A DNA stretch of 62,828 bases. It comes from Octopus bimaculoides (taxonomy: Eukaryota). Shown here in pieces: positions 11,191 through 22,400 of the stretch (position 1 is the stretch's first letter; each line of letters opens with the position of its first letter). The position numbers were made by a program, and so were the translations under genes. The notes under the pieces are model-generated. The model was not told where the DNA came from. It made no database searches and was given only the letters and a program-made list of their open reading frames with translations. The stretch covers positions 23,142,764 to 23,205,591 of the forward strand of contig NC_069006.1 in the NCBI RefSeq assembly GCF_001194135.2. The letters run 5' to 3'.

Positions 11191-11691
11191 TTTGTAATAA
11201 AAACAAATTCACACTTTCATTTCACTTTGTCATATTACTGCAGGAAATTTCTCTGAAAGAAACCTTTGCAGAAAGGTAAGTAGATTGATTAAATATTTCT
11301 TTCATTATGTTATCGCAGTTTTGTGAGATTTTGGCTGTTATTTCTAGCATAAAAAAATTTCCCTCCATATTTTTCTACGTCGATTGAAAAAAAAAATCTA
11401 AAAGAATTAAAATGTTAAAATTTGGGCTGAAGAAGGAGAATTAAAAATTTTGGCGTATATTGTCGCAAAAACAGGAAATATCTTTAGCAGGATGAAGGAT
11501 CCCATTTCTTTCAGATAATTTTTTTTTAAGAATTTTTTGTTTGTTGTTTAAAGATTGTATACTTCTAGTGGGTGTTTGCCCTTTCTTGTTTTTTAACCTT
11601 TACACTGGTATTTCCTAAGGATAACAACAAATTTCTGCTTTATTTAATATGGAACAAGATTACTGGCGATCTAACGGTACGAGTCCTAAAT

Positions 11692-11973
11692 ATCGGCCTT
11701 TTCCGTAAAAAGTGTCTTCGGCGATCTGTACCAAAGATCGGCCTTTTCCGTAACACCCGCACGATCTTCACTACGGTGTTAGGGCTAGTGTTTAGGGTTA
11801 GGGTTACGGTTAGGGACGGAATTCCCTAACCCTAACCGTAAACCCTTCCAAATAAATCGCGCTCTCTGTATGTCTTTCGCTTTTATGACGTCGTTTCCCT
11901 GTTTCTCTCCAACACTTTTTACGGAAAAGGCCGATCTTTGGTAAAGATCGCCGAAGACACTTTTTACGGAAAA
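11692..11973. mobile_element. Foldback/MITE-like element with 55-bp inverted arms and an internal TTAGGG/CCCTAA palindrome
   Basis: 11699-11753 is the reverse complement of 11919-11973 at 54/55 nt. The arms contain a 45-bp-period sub-repeat. The centre has TTAGGG-like units (11779-11815) facing CCCTAA-like units (11824-11845). Confidence 0.75.
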
Positions 11974-12231
11974 CGTTGAGATAGAAATAGTCTGTTGCTT
12001 TTATATTACACTGTTCTAACAAGATAATAGTTATTTTGATACATTTTTGATTTCTTAATAACTGTACTTGCTTTACTCATCCATATTTGATCGGTAGTAT
12101 TCTCAACACAATGGTACAATAGGAAACCTTAGGCTTTTCAGAATTTATTTACTGTACATAAATTCAAATGTTCTCTAATGAGCTTTTGTCAGATACCCTT
12201 TGTTGATGAAAATATGTTTTTCTCTAGGTTA

Positions 12232-12600
12232 TGTGGAGGCGCAATGGCCCAGTGGTTAGGGCAGCGGACTCGCGGTTTCGATTCCCAGACCGGGCGTTGT
12301 GAGTGTTTATTGAGCGAAAACACCAAAAGCTCCACGAGGCTCCGGCAGGGGATGGTGGCGAACCCTGCTGTACTCTTTCACCACAACTTTCTCTCACTCT
12401 TTCTTCCTGTTCTTGTTGTGCCTGTACTTCAAAGGGTCAGCCTTGTCACTCTGCGTCACGCTGAATATCTCCGGAGAACTACGTTAAGGGTACACGTGTC
12501 TGCGGAGTGCTCAGCCACTTGCACGTTAATTTCACGAGCAAGCTGTTCCGTAGGTCAGATCAACTGGAACCCTCGACGTCGTAAGCGGCGGAGTGCCAAC
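12232..12600 (+). mobile_element. tRNA-derived SINE, family C (full length)
   Basis: A box TGGCCCAGTGG and B box GGTTTCGATTCC. Its 3' half (GGGTCAGCCTTGTCAC...GTTAATTTCACGAGC...CCCTCGACGTCGTAAGCG) is shared with 54930-55078. Confidence 0.8.
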
Positions 12601-13059
12601 ATGCAAAAATCTGGTGTTTGGAATATAAATTAACATGAAAGTTTGATCATAGAACCAAAGCAAAACTCAGGCAGGTTAAAGTAATTAACACAACACAATC
12701 AATAAATAATCTTTTAATTAATTATGAAACTGCTGGAGTTACAAGGATAAATTGTTGGGTTTTTAAAAAAAAAAAATGGGGACTGGGTAAATAGCAGGAA
12801 AAGGGGAATATAACAGTAGATGAAAAGAGTTTTTCATCAAGAGACTGAAACGAGGTGACGGCTGAATGTCATTTGTCAAAGAAGTTTTCATTGCCTCCAA
12901 TATTCTCCAACACAAAATAATGTTGTCCAGTGAATAGTTTTGTGAACCTTCAACACTTTGCTACAACCTCTCCATCATGTACCTAAATTCTTTGTTTTAA
13001 GAAACAAATCGTTTCTGAAACCATGAATAATAAAAACAGTCATAACAATAATAATAATA

Positions 13060-14040
13060 ATTTCAAATTTTGGTACAAAGGCCACCTATTCAGGGGAGCG
13101 GGGTAAGTTGATTGCATTGACCCCAGTATCCAACTGGTACTTATTTTATCCACCCCAAAAAAGGATGAGAGGTTAAGTGAACTTTGGCAGAATTTGAACT
13201 CAGAACATAGACATGAAATGCTGTTTAACATTTTGCCCAGCATGCTAACTATTCTGCCAGCTCGCCACCCTAACAATAATAATAATAATAATAATCCTTT
13301 CTACTATAGGCACAAGACCTGGATTTTGTCAGGAGGGAGGACAGTCAATCACATCGACCCTCAGGACTCAATGGGTACTCAATTTATCAACCCTGAAAAG
13401 ATGAAAGGCTAAGTCAACCTCAGTGGAATTTGAACTCAGAATGTAAAGACAGACAAAAAAACCATTAAGCATTTCACCCAGCATGCTAACGATTCTGCCA
13501 GCTCACCACCTTAATAAAAACTCTCATTTTGGCACATTGCAGCCTGTTGCTGCATTCACCTTTTGTCTGCATATTCCTGGGTCTTCTCAAGCAACTCCTA
13601 GTGCAGTCTTCATCCCTGTGAGATATTTTCTCATCTGCCATTTTGCCTGTCTTGATGTTTTCAGTTCACATTCCACTAAGGTTAACTTTGCCTTTAATCT
13701 TTTTGAGGTCGATAAAATAGGTACCAGTCGAGTACTGGGGTCAATGTAATTGATTTATCCCCTCCCCCAATTCCAGGCATTGTGCCTATAGTAGAAAAAA
13801 GATTATTATTATTATGGTGGCAAGCTGGTAGAATCGTTACTGTGTTGGACAAAATGCTAAGCAGTATTTCTTCCAACTTTACATTCTGAGTTCAAATATT
13901 GCTGAGATTTACTTTGGGGTCCTGTCTTTTTTGAGGTCAATAAAATAAGCACCAGTGGAGCAGTGGGGGTCAATATAATTGGCTTATCTCTCCCTTCAAA
14001 ATTTTCATGCCTTATGCCCGTTGTAGTACAAAGAATTATT
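13060..14040. mobile_element. Cluster of four family A SINEs (two on -, about 13060-13262 and 13290-13505; two on +, about 13680-13805 and 13818-14040)
   Basis: Each matches the 1501-1733 element or its reverse complement. Confidence 0.8.
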
Positions 14041-17000
14041 ATTATCTCTTAACCAGGAACCATGGAATATGAACTTTGCATGGAAGATGATGAGGATGCG
14101 ATGTTCATACTTTTCCCTGTAAGGGAACAATACATGCAAAATAAATTATTAAAAATTCCAGCTAAGAATCAAAGCAACCACATTGATAGACATGACCTCA
14201 GTTTTCTAAATTTAAATTAAATAAAATTAATAAGAATAATAATTTTTTATTTTATTTTTTAAACCAAAAATATAATCTTTTCTTAATGAATCATTTGAAC
14301 CAAAGAAAAAAATATTGAGAACAGAAAAAATGCAGAGGGAAAGGGAGTTTGAAGAACCTCAAATACATATGAATAAATAAAAATATTAGCTTACTGAGCA
14401 ATGAAACATTATTACAACTGTATGTGATGTTAAGACCGACAGCACCCACTTTCATCTGCTAGAAATAGCAACCAAATTCCCTCAAGTCACATCCAACTAT
14501 CTTAAAACAGAAAGAATGTGTTATATACAATATAGTCCCTAAAATACCTTTTATCATATCCCCGCCTGATCAAAATCCAGGGACCCCCACTTCTTTTCTC
14601 TCTCTTTACACTTGTTGTTGCTGTTGAGTCTCCAAGTTGGCCCCTTTTTGAGAAGACCTATAATCAAAGGCATTCTAGCCATGACCATCCCATCTCATTC
14701 AAGAATAGAACATTTCAAATTATGAACTGTCATTTTCTAAAAATGTAGGGTATGTTTGAGGTAAATTTGACTTATTTCTAGCAGATCTAGACATCATGTA
14801 GAATTTCTTTCACTGGTTTACTCTTCACTTCTGAGAAAGGGTTGAAACAAAAAAGAAACAGACCAATTTAGAGTGACTAGCCCAATTGTAGCCATTACTA
14901 CCTTAGCCCTTATTTCCCCCTCTGTGTCTAGGTGTAGGCCTCTTTTAGAGGGGTTAACACATTTCATGTAAAGATTTTGCATAAACCTCTCTTCTAATTG
15001 CTCCCTTGAGTGTTATAAAGCTATACATAAGCATTGTGCATATTAAACGAGCTTGTTAACTTCCCCACTCCCCTCCCCCCAAAAAAGGGGTAACACAGTG
15101 ACCTTCTCTCTTCCCAGCTTTCCTGAATTCAGGATGGATACAGGGAGCTCACAATTAGAATTTAACAACATACATAATAAACAGTTGGATAATTTAAGTA
15201 GAAAAGCTGTACGGGGGATGGTGGCAGTGGTGGGATAACGCAATGGAGGTGGAGTGTGTTAAGTGTGATGTGGTGTAATGGGAGTATTATGTAACAGAGG
15301 TGTAGTGTTGTGGCAGTGGTATGGTGTGGTGCAGGTATAGTGTTGTGTAACGGTAGCTGTAGTGTAATATGATAGTAGTAGTAGTAGTATGGGAGTATGT
15401 GCTGTAACAGAGAATTGTAGCATCCGCCATTTGTTAGTGGTTCCCTATTCTTGGTAGATGACGCCTTTACACCACTCAGCTGACATCCCTCCAATGCATG
15501 GGTCTGTTTGAGTAGTCGTTGCTGGTGAGGGTCCAGTTGTAGGGTAATGTGATGCTGGCAGTTGCAGTGTGTGTTGTAAGTGTAGTAGTAGTAGTAGTGT
15601 TGTGAGATGCAGAAATAAACATGACTTTCTCCTGCTAAAAATAATCAGAAACCAAATAAACAGATTCGTACCCAAAAACAGTCATAAAAAAAAAAAAACA
15701 GAAAAAGAGAGAGAATTCAATTAACAAAGAAACTCTTAAAATGAATGTTAAATCTAAACAAATGTAATAAATAAATATCAAGAAGTAAAAAGAAAAAGCA
15801 AAATTATTGAATTACCTCTCAAAAGAAAATATCAGAGCAGGAAACAAATTTGTAAAAACAATGATGGGGGAAAAAAGAAAAAATACAAAAAAAGAAAATG
15901 GACACAAAGATAAGTAGGGTATGTGATATAGTCACTGGTTGAGAGAGTGTGACTCGTCTCACTTGCAATGTCTTCTTATCTCAGCATTTAGAAACAAACC
16001 AAACAAGAAGCAAAAAAAGAACCCCTTTGTTTTTACCTCCCAATCACAGACTAGAGGGGTAATTAACACTTTAACTGCAAAATATAATTTCATATATATA
16101 TTGTTTTGCAAGATTCTTGATGTAAAAATGTGTGGCAAAAGATGATTACCCCCAAATGTAACAATAATTTCATGCTTATTCCAGAAATGTTAAATATCTA
16201 CCAAAAAATAGAATTGATATTTTCTGCAAGTCACATTGCCTTGATAAACTTGACATCTCTCAACAGAAAATAGTTCCAACAGGTTGGAATATACAATTCC
16301 TTTCCACAGTTAAGCGTTGTGAAATTTCCGCAGCAGCAAAAGAGTTTACAGTTGCTATTACCAGGATGTTTTTGCAAATGAATTCAAAGACCAAGTATTC
16401 AGTGGTACAACAGTGCGAAGTTATAGTCATTGTGCTGATTGTTTTGTTTGTTTATTTGTTTAGTATTGTTTACAATTGTTTTTGCTGTTGTATTTGTTTC
16501 TTTCCTCCATGTTCTATATATTTCCAGTCATGTTTGAAACTCTTTCCCTTTACTTTTTTATAATTTTTCACCAAAGAAACCCCGCATTATCAACAATTTT
16601 GACAAAATTAATTAACATAGGTGCCACATGTTATCACATGTGAACTAGTCCAAAATAATTATTGGCCACAACACATACTTTGTAGGGGCCAAAGTGGCTG
16701 TCATCTTTCTTGTTTTCATTCAGAAATTAAAGGAACACATTGCAAAAAAAAAAAGGGAGACTTCCAATTGGTATGTGTGCACATTCATTCATGCAAATAC
16801 ATGCATATATAAGGGTGCAGGTATTCAAACACACATACACAAACATATAGCCACACATATACATGCATATGTACACAAGTATGCATCTATATGTGTATAT
16901 CACTCTCTTATATTCATTTTTCCACTCAAGGAAATGTTGGACTTTTCCTCCAGCAAATTGTCAAACATGAGAAAATAGCTGTAAAATCACACACACACAT

Positions 17001-17259
17001 ACAAGCAAGCTTTGTTTTGGCAACTATCACTTTTTCTTTCTTTGTTCTATTTAAAAAAAAAAATCTTTAAAATTTCTTCACAAACCTTCTGTGAAGAATT
17101 CTGCCCAAGAACTTGACAGAATGTGTCTCAAAGACAACTTATCAATCGTTCCTCATTGATTAGTGTTGGTACACAAACAAGATTTCACTCAAGAATGTCG
17201 GCTACCTTTGTTTAAAAGACCTGATCTGGATAGGAAAGAATATTGTCTCAGGGAACTGA

Positions 17260-17735
17260 GTAACACTTTCTTCCTTAACAAACCAGGTCATTCATAATAT
17301 ATATATTATATATACGCACACGCATATACATATATAGACACACATACATACATACACATATATATAAGTAGATAAAGATGCAGAGTTTAACACTTTCTTT
17401 CTGAGCAAGCCAGAGCATTTAAAATATATATATCATATATACATAAGCACACACTCACTCACACATATATATATACACTTATACACATATATAAGTAGAT
17501 AGAGATGCAGGTATAACACCACACACACATATAAGTAGATAGAGATGTAGAGTATAACACCTTCTTAACAAGCCAGGTCATTTATTATATATATATATAT
17601 ATTATAAACATATGTAGACACACACATACATGAATGCATATACATATATACAAAAGTAGAGATACCGGTTGTAACACTTTCTTTCATCATTTATAATATA
17701 TTATATGTACACACACACACACACATATATATCTG
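17260..17735. repeat. Degenerate tandem repeat of about 125 bp (about 4 copies) built from microsatellite-containing units
   Basis: Recurring TAACACTTTCTT..CAAGCCAG.TCATT and ATAAGTAGATA.AGATGCAG motifs. Confidence 0.75.
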
Positions 17736-18996
17736 CGATGGTTTTTGATAAGCAGTATCAATTTTTACAATTCTGTAAATAATAATAATAATAATATTTT
17801 ATAAGCTTAAAGCTTATAAATGATCCCTGTGTAATGACTAAAGAAATTAGTCTAATATTGGGGCATATAAATAAGCCCCTGATGGAAATAAAGTAGGGTT
17901 TCCATATGCATGAGACTCAAACCCACAGCTCTTTGTTTTCATGACCAGTGTGTAACCAAGCAGACAGAGATGGAGGGTGAACAGAGAACTTCCATTGGGA
18001 TGTGGCAGGGAGCCTTATTTATGTAAAATACAGATTCCTTGACAACAACAAAAAAACCAGTTTTAGACAAACATCAGTCTTGGTACTGCTACTAGAGTCT
18101 TTACTAGATATGGTTAATTAGCAAAGATGGCACTTTGCATCTGATTAAAGTTGTCTTGAAAGAAATAATGTTTGAGAAAGATATTCACACAAATCAGACT
18201 GATGGCATCCAGTCTGCTGGGGTTTTTTATACAACAGTGATTTGAGAGAGACTTGGCTGATATTTCTAGCAGGTTGAGTGACCGCATAAAGGTTGTTAGT
18301 AAGCTCAAGAGGCTTTTTCTAATTGTTGTTTAGCCCAGGACAACACTGACTGAGCAGATTGAAGACATGCTAATCATGACCACCATCACTTTCTCTGTGT
18401 GTGCATGGTAGGGGGTGTTCAGATTTAAGACTACATTATCCAATGTGTTTTTTCTTTATATGAAGTACATTTGGCTACTATTTCTAGCAATATCGAATGA
18501 TCACATAGAAAGTTTCTCTGCTTGTAGACACCTCAGATTGATGAAGATAATATATGCCAGCCACTGCAAACTGGGTTTCACACACAGGCCATAATCCAAA
18601 TGAAAACCAGGGATTTAGTGGCAAGATGAACCAAATTAGGGGACACATGTCTGATGTTGAGTACAGGATAGATTACCTTACTCCCACTCAATCTCACATC
18701 ACTTACCACCTCCATACACATACATACATAAATATATACACATATATTCAGATATGCACACACACACATACATGTATAGGTTTACAAAGATACATATTTA
18801 ATATATATACACTTACATATATACACAAAATCATACATACATACACATTCAGCCAAGAAAGATTCTGTAAAGACATGCAGAATACTGCAGGAGATAGCAG
18901 AAGGAACTAATTAACCAAAACATAACGATAAAAAGTTTTAACAAAGACCAAACCCTACATCCCACTGGACACATCCAGAACAACAAAGCAATACAT

Positions 18997-19034
<38 letters not shown>

Positions 19035-19285
19035 GTATGTATATTGTTAGTAATAATACTTTTCTTTCCTTTGTTTTCCTCCAACTGTAATAAATGAAGG
19101 ATCTTGTGTTCTTGATTTTTGGATTGTTGCCAAAATAAGGCAATAATTGAAAGATAAGTAAATGAGGGTGCTACAGAGATCCAGTTAGATCCAGCAGGAA
19201 CTGGTGCACCACATAGTGTAATAATAATAATAATAATAATGATGATGATGATAGTAATAATAATAACTGGCTGCACACTTTGTAT

Positions 19286-19400
19286 TCAATAGGTTGCTTC
19301 TGAAGTGTCTGCCACGGTAGTTGTTAGCGTCGGGCAGGACGTTGTGTTGGTTACAGTTTGTACCACTTGTTGTAGTTCAACAACCTGTGTTTCTACATCC
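19286..19400 (-). CDS. GOLGA3: GOLGA3 terminal coding exon
   Basis: CCTATTTACAG acceptor (phase 2). Encodes RDVETQVVELQQVVQ...EATY, then TGA at 19288-19286. Confidence 0.82.
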
Positions 19401-22400
19401 CTGTAAATAGGAGAAAGGAAAAGAGATCTTGAAAAGAACACTGTTACACCACACTGCAGCAAACAAATTTAATAAAGTCAGTATGAAAAATACACAACAT
19501 TTTTAGATATATATTTATATATATTGGGTTGTCCCATAAATAATGCGGTTCTTTTCAATAGCTTGAACTAAAAAAGTCAGAGGGAGATGGGATAAACTAC
19601 CTATATCAACTTGCTATAAAAGCAGGTAGTAATTTTACTTTGTTCTTATTCTTAGTGCAAGTTTTGAAGAGTGCAGTTCAATTCTGATACACACATAATT
19701 ATAAATAATCAAAATGAATTGCTCATCTGGTGGTGTAGATTTAGCAGTATGGGCAAACCAAAAAATTATTTATAATACACAATACAGCAAATGAATTTGT
19801 TCTGTTAGATAAGGCATATTTCAGCATCAATGCACAATATATATAAAACTATAAACTTCTCTCAACAGAACAAACGAACTTGACAACCAATATATCACTA
19901 TTTCAATCTTGTTGAGCCTCATTACCTTCCATGAAGCCAAGGTAATTGTTTCTCTTGCCACCATCATACATAATATGTAGAAGTACCAGGTATTTATAAT
20001 CTACGTAATAACATTCTGGTTCCAAGTTCTATAAAAGCTGAAAAATATGTCAGAACTACAAATAGACTAACCTCCAGGTTTCACCAGAATTCTGAATAGC
20101 TGCTGAATGATCATCGATCTGCTTCTCTAGTCCGGAGATTTGAGCTCGAAGACTACTCAGGCAGGACTGCAAGTCATCCAATGGTCTGTAAGAGATTACA
20201 TATTCATGAAGTAGTAATGGTAGATGTAGGTATTTTAAATTACAGTCTCTTTCACTTACGTTACAACATGTAGCTTATACATGACTCAGTCACACAGACA
20301 ACACTACAGTCACATCACAGACACACTGTCATGATCATGCAGTTGTGCGTTCGATTCCCGGACTGGGCTATGTGTTGTGTTCTTGAGCAAGACACTTTAT
20401 TTCACGTTGTTCCAGTTCACCCAGCTGTTAGAATTGAGTTGCGATGTCACTGATGCCAAGCTGTATTGGCCTTTGCCTTTTCTTTGGATAACATCAGTGG
20501 TGTGGAGAGGAGAGGCTGGTATGCATGGGCGACTGCTGGTCTTCCATAAACAACCTTGCCTGGACTTGTGCCTCGGAGGGGAACTTTCTTGGTGCAATCC
20601 CCTGGTCATTCAATGACCAAAGGGGGTCTTTACATCTTACTTCTGTGACTATTCAAAGAAACAGTGAGTTATGAAGGAACTGACAGAAACTGGTGACATA
20701 CATATGTATGTGTGTGTAACTGTACCATGGAGGAAAGGTTACTTACTTGCTTTCCAGAGCTTGGACTGTTGTGTCCTGCAATAGCTGTTCCAAGGCTTCA
20801 ATGTCAAATGGTTCACCGGCCAGCGCTAATATGGTCTCCTTGGTATCTTCATCCATTTGTGTCCCGACGTCTCGACAGTTCGGAGAGCAAGCTCCTTCAG
20901 TCACAGGCTGCGTTGATTCAGGTTCAATGCTGGCTTCTGCGGTCAGGTTTTCACTGTTAACTAAGGTCCTCTTGGGGGAGCTTTTTAATTTGGATGAAAC
21001 CTTTTTGGAGATCTGGTTGCAATCAGAGAAAAGAACACAAAATATAAACTTAAAAGTAAAAAAAAAAACAGAAATAGATTCATCAATCTAACATAAACAT
21101 ACAGAACAACAAAAATCAAAACAAACAGCAGAAAAAAAAAGTCTTCTGACCTTATGTTGATGGATTGAGGTCTTGAGGGCACTCCTTAATTCGGACACTT
21201 TAGCCTGTTGGTTCAACTTTTCTTGGCGTGAGGCTGTCAGTTCACCACGGAGGGCCTCCAGTTCTTGTTGGTTGTTCTAAGAATTACAAGAAAACAGATT
21301 TTTTTTTTTGTTTTTGTTTATTTTAAAGTCTTACTCAGAGGAGCAACAACTGTGACCCTTAACAGAGTCATGGTTGCTGTTCTTCCTATGATTTAGGGGC
21401 TTAGTGAGTGGAAGGATGAGGGGGAAGTGCTTATGATCCTTTTCAGGGTCTCAATGATGGAAGCAAAGAAGGGGAACACCAACACTCCTATTTAGGGCCT
21501 CAGTGACAGGAGAGAGAGGAAGGGCAGTGTTTGTGACCCTTTTTAGGGCCTCAGTGAATGAAGGGAGAAAGGACAATGTCTGTTAGGTTTTTTAATGCTT
21601 CCCTGACTGGAGGGAGGAAGGACTGCCTACATGATCCTTTTCAGGGTTTCTGTGACTGATAGGAGCAAGGAAAAGCACCAAGACCCTTTCCAGGGTCCCT
21701 AGAGAGAAGGGAGAAACTAAGATCCAGATCAAAGACGTTACTGAAAAATAATACACAACACATACATTGGAAGATAGAAGCAAGATGTAGACCCCACCAG
21801 ATGCATTGCTGGCTCCTTGTCTAGGAAAACAGTAACCTGGAATAAGAACTGATACAAAACAGAAGGGTCTTTTTAGCCCTCATTACATAAAACAATTTCT
21901 CCTGTGCCTGTGGAACTATAAAATACACCTAGGGCACTTTGTAAAGTAGTTGGTTATAGGAAGGGCATCCTACCATATAAACCTTGCCAAAAAGGAAAAA
22001 AACCTACAACGAAGATGTGAACATCAGAAGCCACATTGCAGGCTACTGGTCAGGAGAGTAGCAACTCTGAGTAAGAAATAATACAAAGCCCTCCTTGTAG
22101 GGGACGAACTCCCTAATGCTGGTAGCATGATAAAATGCATTGAAGATATACACAGCATCATAGTTGGTTTGTTTAGAATGAGTGAAACAGGGAGATAGAG
22201 AATGTTAGGTATCATATCTACAGGTTATTTGTCCAAACTAAACATGAGGACAGTTGAAGAGAATACCTGTAAAGTCTTTTTCAGATTCTCCTGTTCCAGG
22301 TCGTGTCGTTCTTCAGACAGAGTCAATTGGTGACGAACAGACTCAATTTCAGAGTTCTTCTGTTGAAGCTTCCATTGTAAACTCTGCAAATATAAAACAA

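Noticed and set aside
12232-12300. tRNA-like A and B boxes (also at 1501, 34998 and 58250-58320)
   Set aside because: These are SINE heads with no complete cloverleaf, so they are not tRNA genes.
12178-12633. 151-aa ORF
   Set aside because: It lies almost entirely inside a SINE. It is considered only as a possible exonised segment, not as a gene.
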